Part shown: positions 20,613 through 32,429 of the stretch, piece by piece
Layout of the letters: each line of letters starts with the position of its first letter
Position numbering within the stretch: the first letter of the stretch is position 1
Source: Anthoceros angustus
Lineage: Eukaryota > Plantae > Anthocerotophyta
Direction of reading: 5' to 3'
Assembly: GCA_010909165.1 (NCBI GenBank)
Contig: VJWM01000197.1
Coordinates: 62,001-126,000 of the forward strand
DNA: 64,000 nucleotides
Translations under genes and position numbers: made by a program
The notes under the pieces: model-generated
The model's database searches: none
What the model was told of the DNA's origin: nothing
What the model saw: only the letters and a program-made list of their open reading frames with translations

Positions 20613-23600
20613 TCAGCAGGAGAGTCTTGATGACTTGTAATTAAACTTCACCATGAGGAGGTACTTCATGCGGATCTGTGCTGTGTTGTAAACAATGTAC
20701 TCGTTGTATAGGAGGCAGGTCTGTAGCAACCAGTGAAGTTTATGATCCATAATGGCTTCGTACTCTGAATGGGCCGACTCCTCGTGACTCTCACAAAACG
20801 ATATGCAAACGAGTTGGATGAAACTTACCCCCGGCGGATTTTGAGGCGCCTTTGGCGGACCCAACGGAACGATCACCCCGTCCGGACAGCGCATGAAGTG
20901 TCCAGGATCAGGAGCCGTGACGCCAACACCCTTTGTACTGCAGTTTTGTCAAGCCACTTGCCTCAGCCAACAGAGCGTGGTTTTGTAACTACCTTAACCG
21001 CTACACGAGCGGGGTGATTGGTTAGTACCTCAATTTGCCTGGGGGCAACAGGTCGGCGTGGTAGTCCGCATTTAGGAGCTCGTTCATATCTCCCAGAGCT
21101 ACCTGTACATGCCAACTTGTCAGAGGGAAGTGGAAGGAAGTAACCTCCAGATGTGGAGTAAAGGAAAAGCCAGTACTGAGGTTCAAGTCTTACTTCACAT
21201 AGGAGGAGGATCCCTACAGGCTCCTGCCGAGTTGTGTAGCAGTAATTTGCGCTTTTGGACACCATGTCAGCAAAATACACACCTTTGCCGAACATGTACC
21301 CTGTCACAGGAGCTTCTGGGGGTGCTATCCGTAACCCTTCATGAGAGGCACACACAGAGTTCAGTAAGAAATCGAAGATGAGGAGGCCTTGCTCCATTGT
21401 GCTGGCCAACCTGGGACCTCACCTTGTGACAGAATACCCGTCCAATTGCACAGCCTTGACCCGTGCCACAGAAGCATACGGTTCTTCACTCCAGCAAACT
21501 ATACCAGCACAAGACACAGTTTCACTCAGTGCCAGCCCACGCCGGTCTTTCAGCAAAGCAGTTTTTGCATGTAGACCGAATGATCATCGTTTCTGCCGAA
21601 GTGCTTCACTCCCACTCGTGAGGGAAATCTTACCTGCTGGAACTGTGTATCTTCACCGTCCCTCCTAACTCTATAAATTTCTTGCACTTCAAGCGAATAT
21701 TCGCTGTGAGTGTGACCATGAGTGTTTTTCACATACGATTTAATCTGCAACACAAGCGACTCAGATTTCTGGCAAATACAACCAGCAACAGATGTTGGGG
21801 GTGGGTTGAGAAAGAGAACTTACCCAGTTGGCTTCTTCAACACACGCAGGTTGAATTTCACACTTGAGACGTTTGTAGTGGTGGTAAGTAGGGTCTTCCT
21901 AGAAAACAACCAAACACAACCAGCACAATGACATACAGAAGTCTCTCTGTGATTCTCTTTGTAATTGTCTGAACCAGGAGTCAGTAGCATCAGACTCACC
22001 TCATCCTCTCCGATGTTGCCCAGAATGGTCGAAGCAAGTTCAATCTCTCCAAGAGCTTCAACCTAAGTTAACAAACATGACTTAAGTCCCACAAGTTCTC
22101 CATCCACTAACTGCTGAACCAGACAAGAAGTTGCCCAAAGGGAGGTGGGGATGGGTTGAGGAAATGGGGGGCGAGGGGGAGGAATGGATGGTGGGGGGTT
22201 TGTGTCTGTAGGATGAGCGCAAGTACCATTTCCAACTTTTGCTTCAAAATCTGTTTCGTGTTGATGATGAAGTTTTCTGCATGTCAGACGTGTCAAAAGC
22301 ATCTGAGTGCACATATGTTGGCAGGCTGGATATCCGTACACGAAAAGCAGCACACGATGCATCATAAGTGGAAAAGAAGAGGAACGTGACATACTCATTT
22401 TCTGGCGCCCAAAGTCATGAGGAATTACTGTGTAAAAATCACTGATGAACAAGACGGACATGTCAGGTTAGTCTACCATCAAACCCATCACATGCTGTCG
22501 TTCCAGAGAAAAAGAAACAAAAGGAAGAATAGTTCCAAGGCAATCTCACAAAACAGAATCACTTAGTCAGTACGAGTTCCCAGGAATTCATATGCATCTA
22601 TGACACCATCCCGATAACCTTTTGCTTACCCGCTCAATTTTTGCAACTCCTTGTAATCGTAATTATCCAAAGCAGCCGCAATCCTTTGTAGAACCTCAAA
22701 GCCCTGCATGCAGCGATCATCTGTTGGCCCTCAGAAGCTACCAAACAAACTTCATAACGAAGAGTTGCCAAGGGCTGAATGTGCATGCCTTGCGTATGGT
22801 GGCCTTGCTTAGTTTGCCAAGAGGCATCTTCGTTGCATCATATCCTGGATATTTGTACATCCATGATCAGACGGTTGACTCTAAAGATGTGTACAGAAAG
22901 CACGTAACATCCACCTAATAGCGAGCTAATACCACATACCATCTTAAGCAGCCCAAATTGCAAACAACTTTAAGTCAGTGGGTTGACCAGAGTAGTTGTT
23001 CACATCTAATACAGTCTGTAGCCAAATATGTAAGCAACTGACACAAGGCTTACCAATCTCCATCATCTGTTGCTGCATCATGTTGATATTGCAGATCACT
23101 GATATCAGCTTTCCCACTGCCGGATCCAACTTGCTTGGTGCCGGGGTAGCTAACCACATAGACCTGAGAGGTTGAGCTCTAGCCTGGCACAGGATGAAGT
23201 AATGCTTGAAATCACTAGACACAACCCGTCGCCTGATAAGGGTGACAAAATGGTTGAGTTTGACCTGCTGCTTCTCCTCAGGCTGATAGTCCATTTCAAG
23301 CCATGTGTATTTGCCCGCGTGAGGGGTGAAATACATGCGATCCGCCCAATTATTTTTGGTTTTACCCTTGAACTGTTGTTCGAAACGCATGATAACAGAA
23401 TCTACGTCGGGAAATTTTTGCAGACTTGTCTGCCCCTTGACACCCACCCTTCCCCATCGAGTAAACAAGTAATATGAACCGCCCTTATCATGCTCTATGG
23501 AAAGCACAAGGTTGACATCAGGCACAGTACTAGAGGACACGCCACGGATGCACTGAGACCTCACATTGACATGCTACAGTGATAAAAAACCGTGCAATTT

Positions 23601-24705
23601 TGGAACTATGAAGAAAACGGACAGGAGAGTTTGGAAAGGCAGCTTACCGAGAGCTTGAATCACATAAAACTTGTTGTTATTACAGTCGACATTTGTTTGA
23701 TTGAGCATGGCATCGTAGATGTTCTCTCCCTGCTCAGATTTAGCCCATGCTGAGTTCTCCCAGTCAGAAGCAAAAGAGTCTTTCGCGAAACAGCACAAAG
23801 AAGCATTTGAAAAAGGTGCAAGCACGCACTTACTTGTTCAATCACGTGGTAATCTCGTTGGATATCTGAAGGCAAAAACTGATCAAGAGTTGCACGCCCC
23901 TTCTTCTTGACAGTGACAATTTTCTCTCTCTCAACTGAGTCATCTCCTTCTGGATCATTTTCGAGCAGGAAGTCAGGTGGCCGAGACATGATGAAACAAA
24001 CACATACACATGTGCTTTTTTGTGCAAAGGTGAGCTCGCTTACCAGCACTTATCAGATCCGAGGAACCTTGATTCTTCAATGCAAGAGTCAATCTCTCCT
24101 TCAGCTGAGCCTTGTTTCCACCAGTAGGCAAGCCAAGATCAATCAAAGCAGCTCTGAGTGCAGCTACGGTCATCTTGTCCAAATCAATAGTCTTTGCACG
24201 CTTTGTTGGTTTCACGTCATCTACTTCATCTATTGTACGGGCCCTTTTACTGGTTGGCTCCTCGTCCTTCTGCAGAGGAAGCCACCATAAAGAACCTGTC
24301 ACAAAGGATGCTCAGCGAGCTCCAAATTTCCACCAGCCTTGCCGAATTTCAATTACCTGGCACGAGCTAGGTCCTACATCACTTGAGCCCTGCTGAGATC
24401 CCTCGCCTCCATCATCTCTACGAGCAGAAGCTTCATTTTCTTCTGCCCTGATAGCCTCATCAAGACGAGCCACCTGTAACGCAGACACCAGGATTACACG
24501 AAGATGACGGTGACGCTCCCACCATTTCATATCCACTCTCGGGACAGCTTCACCAAAGCTATGGAAATGGACATTGCATCGACCACAGGCACAGGGACCC
24601 CTAAAGCGCTGTGAATCTTACCAATGCAGGCTTCAACCCAGTTGTGTCGAGACCACGCAAACTAAGAGCAGCCCGAAGCTGGGGCACCCTGAGTTTGGCT
24701 GACAT
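20613..24705 (-). CDS. PARP2: Poly(ADP-ribose) polymerase, SAP-SAP-WGR-regulatory-catalytic (plant PARP2 type), multi-exon
   Basis: Exon 1 (24622-24705) [28 protein letters not shown] splices to VARLDEAI (SAP). Second [16 protein letters not shown]...[13 protein letters not shown] region YDAMLNQTN...[12 protein letters not shown]. Catalytic [29 protein letters not shown] and [10 protein letters not shown] (H-Y-E triad intact). Confidence 0.93.
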
Positions 24706-26296
24706 CGTAGCTGATCACACCTCCACCGGGGTCTTGCACAACTCCTGACAAAGTCCTCCAGCCCGCACCAAAAACTTCCGTGGCAACCTAGTTCTCATGG
24801 ACCTGATAACTCCAACATGTCAGCGTAGGCCGCAGTGTCACGACTTCCACCAATGATGCCATCCAAGCTCCAAGCTCAAAACATTCACAATGCTCAAACC
24901 CTCTGCACTCCGAGCTCACACCTCCACGGGAAACGAGAATGCCTAATTCACAGCCACCAGACATGGCAACACAGATGCCGATCAATCCTTTCCCGGGCGG
25001 GTACCTGTTCAGGACCTGGAGAGCTGGTACGCCTTCGTCGAAGGACCCGTGAGCTCCAATTTCAGCTTAGGTCACAATGGCAGGGCCCTGAATTCACCAC
25101 GCATCATGAATTCCAAGCCCAAATTCGACATGCACGATCGCAGCAGCTTTCCCGGCTGCCCGCTCCCACGTCTGCTGGAACGAATCCCTCCAACTCCGCT
25201 TCCCTTCACGCCTTCCCGGAACAGGTAATTCGAGGGGTGGCGAGCTGGGGCGAATCTGAGATCGCCCATCTCCGCTCCATACCAGCAAGCTGCCGCCCTT
25301 GGAACCAGAGCAGAAATCGAAAGCGCCTTCCCCTGAATTGGAATTTCCTGCGACGCGAGGTCTTCAGTGGCACAAAGATCGGCAGCAAGCAGAACGCAGC
25401 GCTGCAACTCCAGCCGCCTGGAGTAGACTGTCAACGGTCGCCGTGGTTCCGCGGCCCTGAGAAGACTCCTCTTGCGAATACGAAAGTAAGGCAGCAGGAA
25501 CATCAGACACGCTGAGAACCTATAAGAAAGCGATTAAGAGTCCTAATCCCTTGCGCTCATGAAGCTCCTTACATAAGAAACTAACCGATTCATAACTTTC
25601 AGAGTCAAAATTATTCCAATCAAATTTAAAATGTGTTCGATCTAAAACTTTAGACTACCTACATATGAAACGAATGGATGGCCGCGCCCCCATTGGGTTG
25701 AGTTTCGGCCAGTTTGTGCCCTTTCAGTGTCCAAGCTTTTTGCACCGCGGATATCGCCTCTCCAACAATTCAGTTCATGGGATTTACGGATTTCGCAATG
25801 CTGTAATTATGACGACCTGTGGCCAGAGCTCTCTCAAAGATGCCAGGCATTGGGTATCCAAATGAGTGACCACCCTATTATGATGATCACAAATTGGATT
25901 TTCATCTACCTATCCTGTTTGTGCATTTTCATTATTTCTTAGGATATGTTACTTTTATCTTAGCTTCATTCATCGAACTCGGAAACGAAGGGAGAAGCCC
26001 AAGTCTCCAAGCTATCATTTTTGGATATGGAAGCATTGAGTGGATTCGCTAATGTAAGTCTTCGTCAAATGCTTCAATGTAATGTAAGGTTTTCAATGCT
26101 AGCATAATGTACAACTCCTAGATGCAAAGTCCAGACCATGAACCTGTTTGTGTACACTACACCTATTTTCTGAGAGGTGCTTCTTGCTCACTCCTAACCA
26201 AAAAACTAGGCCCGGCTCCAAGTAACGAACTCCTATACGCCATTTTTTAAGAGTGCTGCTTACCTCACTCCTTATCCAAGTAAGGATCGTCTCTAG

Positions 26297-26537
26297 TGGC
26301 CTCATGAACTCCAATGGCACTTAATCTATGAACTCTAATGGCACTTAATCTAATGGCCTCATGAACTCCAATGGCACTTAATCTATGAACTCTAATGGCA
26401 CTTAATCTAATGGCCTCATGACCTCCAATGGCACTTAATCTAATGGTCTATGACCTCCAAAGGCACTTAATCTAATGGCCTCATGAACTCCAATGGCACT
26501 TAATCTAATGGCCTCATGAACTCCAATGGCACTTAAC
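26297..26537. repeat. Mosaic tandem repeat of 24-bp and 33-bp units
   Basis: Core TGAACTC(C/T)AATGGCACTTAATCTA x8, with or without a 9-bp ATGGCCTCA spacer. Confidence 0.92.
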
Positions 26538-28411
26538 TACAAAGTTTGCAGTGTCGAAAAATCCACTACGAATGTGTGTCTTGGCTCTTGTTGGATATTA
26601 GTGTGCCTCGGCTCTTGGTACGCCTTGACTCATGTCCTTCTCACTACAGCCCTTGACTCTAAAACAGGCTATACTCCAACTGCTACACATACATTCACTA
26701 CAACCCTTCACTTTGAAATCAAGTTCTATTTCTAACCCTCCTTCCACTAATGTACAAGATTATGAGTTCAGTTCCAAGAGCTCCAACTTTTATATCTTAT
26801 ACACTCACCTCAACTAGGCAGCTGCTATCCATAGGGTTCCATGCATCCACACATGTGTACAACTATTTTTTTAACCCAAATACCTAGCCTAAAGGCTCAA
26901 ATTGGGTGTTTGGAGTTGGAAATTAGAATACCTTTTATTTATAATATTTTTAATTTAAGAATTAATAAAATCTCCATCTCATCGCTATGTATGATGAATA
27001 CCAAGTAGAGTGAGCTGCCCGACGAGGGCTTACACAAAATTGAAATGGTGTATCGGTGTAGGTACCCACCTCCGTTTGGTTCGGAACTCCAAGTCGGGAT
27101 GTCGGATGTAGGTAAATACCGAAAAAAAAAAATCTGTTGGGTAGGTATTTATTTCACCTGAATAAGTTTTAAATAACTTGAATGATTTATAATTAGTTTC
27201 CGCCAAACCATCGTCCTCGTCCTATAGGCCGCCACTGCCGTCTTTTATTTTGGGCTTTGCGCCATGCTGCGTATAGCACCTCTTTTTTTTCTCAAGGCGG
27301 ATGGCTTTTTTCTCTGTTTGAGAACGCTAAACTTGCGCGCCTTAGCCTTGATGCTTCGCGCCCTTGTCTCTCCGTTATTATCCCATATAACGGATCGGCT
27401 ACGCTTACGTCGAAACAAATGAAAGTGAAACATCTAGAAGGCATGCAAGGTGCACATGTACTCTACGCTTACATATGGAATATCGTCTGCAGTGGTCGAT
27501 AGTTTTGTTTTATGCGCAATGCAAGCTAGTAGGTCCTTGTGGTGTCATGAAACACTTTTTCTCTCGGAAGGTAAAAAACCCAAAACTCGGCTTGGGCAAG
27601 AAGCCGCCTGGCTTGGTAGTTTGAAGACTCGCTTCTTTGCCTCGGGAGCCTCTGCAAGAGTAAAAAAACCACATTCATACCCTTCTACCCCACCATGGCC
27701 TCACTGCTTTCGAAGATTTTTGCCTTATTCTAGCCATGTGCAGCAAGTTGAAGAAGTGGTAGCTATACAAACGATGACCAAAGAGTGTATAAAGTACAGA
27801 TAGATATACAGTACAAGTGTTCATCTAAGCGCTACTTTTAGCTAGCGCATGTAGATGGCAGTGTGGTCTCCTCATAGAGTAGATATAAGATACAGGCGTT
27901 CATCTAAGTACTATTTTTAGCTAGCGTATGTACAATCAGCCCCCCCTAATTGGGAACTGTATAAATGGGATTCCTCTCTAAACGGGACCTCCAATCCTAC
28001 TCCCTTTAGTTTACAATGTAAAAAATGAGACTTTTCCCTGAATGGTAATTGGGACCTGTTGAAACATACATTCATGTTAGTTTCACCTCCATAAATAGGA
28101 TTATTATTTTTTAATAAAAAATTAAAAAAAGAAGAAAAAAGAATCGATTATTTCAGAGCACAATAGACTTTTAGATGTGATTGAAGACTCCTAAGCTAAA
28201 CTTTTTCCAGAGGTTTTTCAATGCTGCTTAGAGAGGGTGCTAGTTTTTACTTTTTTAAATTTATAATATGTTTATTATTTTTTAAATGGGGAAAATCTAA
28301 TCGGGACACCACCCTTAAATGGGACCTCTAAAGGCACTCCGAACCAATCCCAATTAGGGGGTGGACAGTAGATGGTAGCGTGGTCTCTTCTGTACGAGGA
28401 GTTCGCATTAG

Positions 28412-28419
28412 AAACCCTA
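28412..28419 (+). promoter_or_regulatory. Telo-box upstream of RPL6
   Basis: AAACCCTA about 110 bp before the ATG. A second, reverse copy (TAGGGTTT) lies in intron 2. Telo-boxes are typical of plant ribosomal-protein promoters. Confidence 0.6.
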
Positions 28420-28525
28420 CCCTAACTCTCTCTGCGAGGCCTTTTTTCCAACTCCGGCTGCGGAGAAGGGTCTTTTTCTCGGTTCTATTACACCTCTCCC
28501 TTGTCGTGGACGGACGATCGGAGTG

Positions 28526-29499
28526 ATGGCGCCGAAGACCGCCCGAGCATCCCGCAACAAGGAGCTGGTGCGAGGTGTGGGCCGCTTCTCGCGGTCTGCC
28601 ATGTATCGCAAACGTGGTCTTTGGGCCATCAAGGCCAAACACGGAGGCTCCTTCCCTACGCATGAGAAGAAGCCTGCTGTCGCTGTGCCTGAGAAGAAGG
28701 CTCCCAAGTTCTACCCCGCCGAAGATGTCCCCAAGCCGCTGCACAAGAACAAAGTGATCAACCCCCCTAGGCTCAGGTAGGTTTTTTTGTCTTCCTTGTC
28801 CTTGCGGCAGGAGCCTGGTGTGATTTCTTCTGCTGTGTTCATCTGTGGTGTGTTTTACAGGTCAAGCATCACTCCCGGGACAGTCCTCATTCTGCTGGCT
28901 GGCCATTTCAAGGGCAAGCGCGTTGTGTTCTTGAAGCAGCTTGAATCAGGGCTTCTGCTCGTCACTGGTAGGTGGTAAGGCGAGTTGCCTGTATCTGGCT
29001 CAATACTGAAGATTTAGGGTTTTTGGGCTGAATTTACCTTGTTGCGGTGCAGGACCGTTTAAGGTAAACGGCGTGCCCCTTCGAAGGGTAAACCAGGCCT
29101 ACGTCATTGCCACCTCGACTAAAGTGGACATCAGTGCTACTACGTCGTCCCTGGACAAATTCACGGATGCTTTCTTCAAGCGGGAGGTGGTGAAGAAGGA
29201 GAAGAGCGAAAGCCAGTTTTTCGAAGCAGAGAAGGAAGTAAGAACTCATACCCCCTTCCAGACCTAGTTCCCTAAATATCTGTTTGTCCTTTTTAGGCAG
29301 GAGTGAGGAGCTGTGCTGACCTCTCTCGAATGCATGGCAGAAGGAGAAGGGAGTCCTGTCCCCAGAGAGGAAAGAGGCCCAAAAGACCATCGACAGTTTG
29401 TTGATCGCAGCCATTGAGAAGGTTCCCGATCTGAAGTCGTATCTAGGTGCCAGGTTTAGCTTGAAGTCTGGTGTCAAGCCCCACGAGTTGGTGTTCTGA
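28526..29499 (+). CDS. RPL6: 60S ribosomal protein L6 (eL6), 233 aa; exons 28526-28776, 28861-28967, 29053-29237, 29341-29499
   Basis: [93 protein letters not shown] and [19 protein letters not shown]. All three introns are GT-AG and the frame closes. Confidence 0.97.
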
Positions 29500-30090
29500 G
29501 GCTAGGAAATTGTCTTCGCAATTCATGAATCCAAAATTTTGACTTCTTTCCTGTGGCTCTTAAGAACCACCATGTGTGCAAGTTTCTGTTCCATTTGTTT
29601 GGAGTTGGAATTGGCACTTGTTGTCATCACTTATGCTGCTGAAGTCGTTTGTGATTAAGAGCTTCCTGGCATTGGGTTTAGGACGGAAGAGTTAGTATGA
29701 TCACTTTGTCCAGCAGCTAGGCAGTCGGCCACAGCTGGTGGATGGTCATGGACACATTTGTGCATAGTTTAGGTCCAGAGGCGGGACAGCTTGTCTTCTA
29801 CATTCCGTCACTGATTTGGATTTCTTCCACACCGCTTGCTTGCCGATGGCATGATCCTGTCGATCAAGACGTTGCAAATTTACTGAAGGTTTCCCTTACC
29901 TGCAGTCTCGTCTTCCTGTGTATTGGTTCCTCTCATATGCAGAGACCCTGTCTGGAGGGTAGAAGGTTGTCTAGGAAGACCGTCCGCTCCCGACTTCAAG
30001 AAACTAAACTTCTGGCAAATTACGAAGCCGCGAGCCGCAGCAATCTAGCCCGTTTAGAGTGACACTGTAATTGTAAGTGGAAAAGGCTAC

Positions 30091-30165
30091 AGTGTCATGA
30101 CACTCTATGAGGGTTAAGTGTCATGACACTCTATGAGGGTAAAGCGTCATGACACTCTACGAGAG
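30091..30165. repeat. 26-bp tandem repeat x3 containing the 14-bp palindrome AGTGTCATGACACT
   Basis: Units start at 30091, 30117 and 30143. Confidence 0.9.
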
Positions 30166-30304
30166 CATGCATGTCAATCCGCATGAGTATACATGTTCGC
30201 TCCTGCGGGGAGGACACCATATCATCATCCGATGGAGGACGGATGGGATGAACCACATATCATACCATCGCCGCTCCCATGCGATAAACCCTAATCTAGA
30301 GCAG

Positions 30305-30455
30305 GCGCCGTGCGGAATATGCCGCGCGGTTTGCACGACCCATCCTTTATAGCCAGCACCTCGCGTGGGAGACCATCCCCATATCGTGCGGAATATGTCG
30401 CGCGGTTTGCACGACCCATCCCTTAAAGCTAGCATCTCCCGTGGGAGTCTCTCTC
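30305..30455. repeat. 76-bp GC-rich tandem duplication
   Basis: CGTGCGGAATATG(C/T)CGCGCGGTTTGCACGACCCATCC at 30309 and 30385. Confidence 0.85.
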
Positions 30456-30804
30456 CGTAGCGTCTACATATCCCTGATAAAAAAGAAACGATAGCATTTA
30501 GTGGAAGGCAAAATTTAATCACGTTCCCCATCTGAAACTGATCTGCATGTGAATCGCTTAGCTCTGGGTTGTGATTGGCATTGTGAGATATGCACACAAT
30601 AACAATAACAACAACTTTATGTCCGTTAAGTGTAGAAGTGGATAGCTTATAGGAGGTTAATTTATCTACCTTTGAAAGACCAACACAAGGGATCTCAAGG
30701 GTTACCTAAGGAGGGAGCAACTACGCTTCGAATCTAAAATCGCCTGTAGCTTCTACAATATTGGAACTAGGCAAATTAAAAGACTTATATACAACAGAGA
30801 TTGT

Positions 30805-31080
30805 GGAGGATGCATGCATCACTTGTTGTCATGGCCTTCATGAGAATTGCACCTGCGAGCGTTCATAGTTCCTATAATATCATGACTTGACAGATTAAAA
30901 GACCTACATACCACAATACAACATAGGTCATGGAGGATGCATCGCTTGCTGTCATAATCGTCCTGAGAATTGCACTTGCGAGCACCTATAGCTCGTACAA
31001 TATCATGACTAGGTAGATTAAAAGATCTATGTTTAGGTTGTAGAGAATGCATCACCTGCTGTCATGGCCGTCTTGAGAAC
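30805..31080. repeat. Degenerate ~125-bp repeat, two and a partial copies
   Basis: GGAGGATGCAT..CTTG.TGTCAT...TGAGAATTGCAC.TGCGAGC...AATATCATGACT...AGATTAAAAGA recurs. Confidence 0.7.
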
Positions 31081-31234
31081 TATATCGGCGAGTGCCCAAT
31101 GTTGTACGTTGCACCATGTCTGCAATCGGGCATTGGTAATATCTGCATGCGTGCTAGGCTTTAACATGGTGCGATATTAACATGGTGTGACATACACTAA
31201 GTCTACGGGCATTGTAGGATTTAGCACAAGACGC

Positions 31235-31339
31235 GATAAATTTATCAAAGTCCTTGACAAATTTATTAAAGTCTTTAGTGAAGTTATTAAATTCTTTGGT
31301 GAATTTATTAAACTCCTTGGTGAATTTATTAAAGTCTCT
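31235..31339. repeat. 21-bp tandem repeat x5, open as a heptad repeat on both strands
   Basis: Units at 31235, 31256, 31277, 31298 and 31319. They fall within the ORFs 31154-31420 (-) and 31187-31414 (+). Confidence 0.9.
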
Positions 31340-32429
31340 TATGGAAGAGGTGGTCCGCAACCAACTCGTTACCCTAGAAACGTATGCGGCGTTGGGTGCG
31401 GGATAAAGAGGTAGCCCCATCCTGGTACTTCCTTACCAAAATAATAAAAACCCTAGCAGGGTAACCATTTTGTCGGAGAAGCGGGGTATCAATCTCCATA
31501 TCATTTCCATGCTAAGCGAACACTCTACCATGTAAGGTAACAATAACAACTTTATTCATATCCGCTGAGGATGAAGGGTAGGGTGTAGGATTTCGCCCAG
31601 CCCTAGGATAAAGATAAATATGTCCTGACCGACATCCCATTGCGTAAGGTATATGGATGCTCCTTATATAGAAAATAACCACTCTTCTTGACCATGGAGA
31701 ACATACGTCGCAAACAGTGTCATGTGTAGAAGGCGGATGAAGAGGCGAAGAAGGTGTCACGAGAGAGATTTCCACGAGCCAGCAAAAGCGGACGATGGCA
31801 TGTGGATAACTCTAGCTTCTTGAGTCATATCCGCATACCCACGATGTTAACATTTTTCGGTGGGTACATACGATGTTTTTGTTTGAAGGTCTGGTGGGAA
31901 GCCGAATGCAATTGAGTGTGATATAGTTGTAGTTAGTCAGCCTAGTAGGTACATGAAGTTTTCATCGATCGATTTTGTCACCCCTGCCATAGCAAAGTAG
32001 TCCATCCTTGTCCTGCTTCATTGGCCTGCTTGTTGAACCACTCTTAAGCTTCCGGAAGCACAGGATCTTCTCATGAGCTATTTGAGTAGCAGGCTATATG
32101 TACCTCAAAGGAAGATCGCGTGAACATACTGCCAAATTTTAAAAAATGCCACACACCCAGAGATGTCACAGAACTTGGAAATCGAGCTGGCATCGACTCT
32201 TGCAAGGAGCAAATGGCGAATCAACTATTGCAACGTTTGAAGCGGCTGCTGGCAGGTCACATCCTGCCCGGTGCCGTGTCTCGGGGCTCGATTGGATGCC
32301 GGGCGGGCCATGGCCGTGTCTCGGGAGCGGCCAGGGAAGGTGCCCCGGTCGTGCATTTGCGATGACAGTGGCCGTCTGTCTGTGACCTTTGCTCTGCTGT
32401 GAGGATTGGCTCATCGCAGCACAACTTCG

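Noticed and set aside
27245-27803. Short basic ORF (62 aa, minus) and neighbours
   Set aside because: Only compositional similarity to ribosomal or basic proteins, with no alignable motif.
29238-29340. Possible C/D snoRNA in RPL6 intron 3 (TGAGGA...CTGA)
   Set aside because: The boxes are only a few bases apart, too short for a snoRNA.
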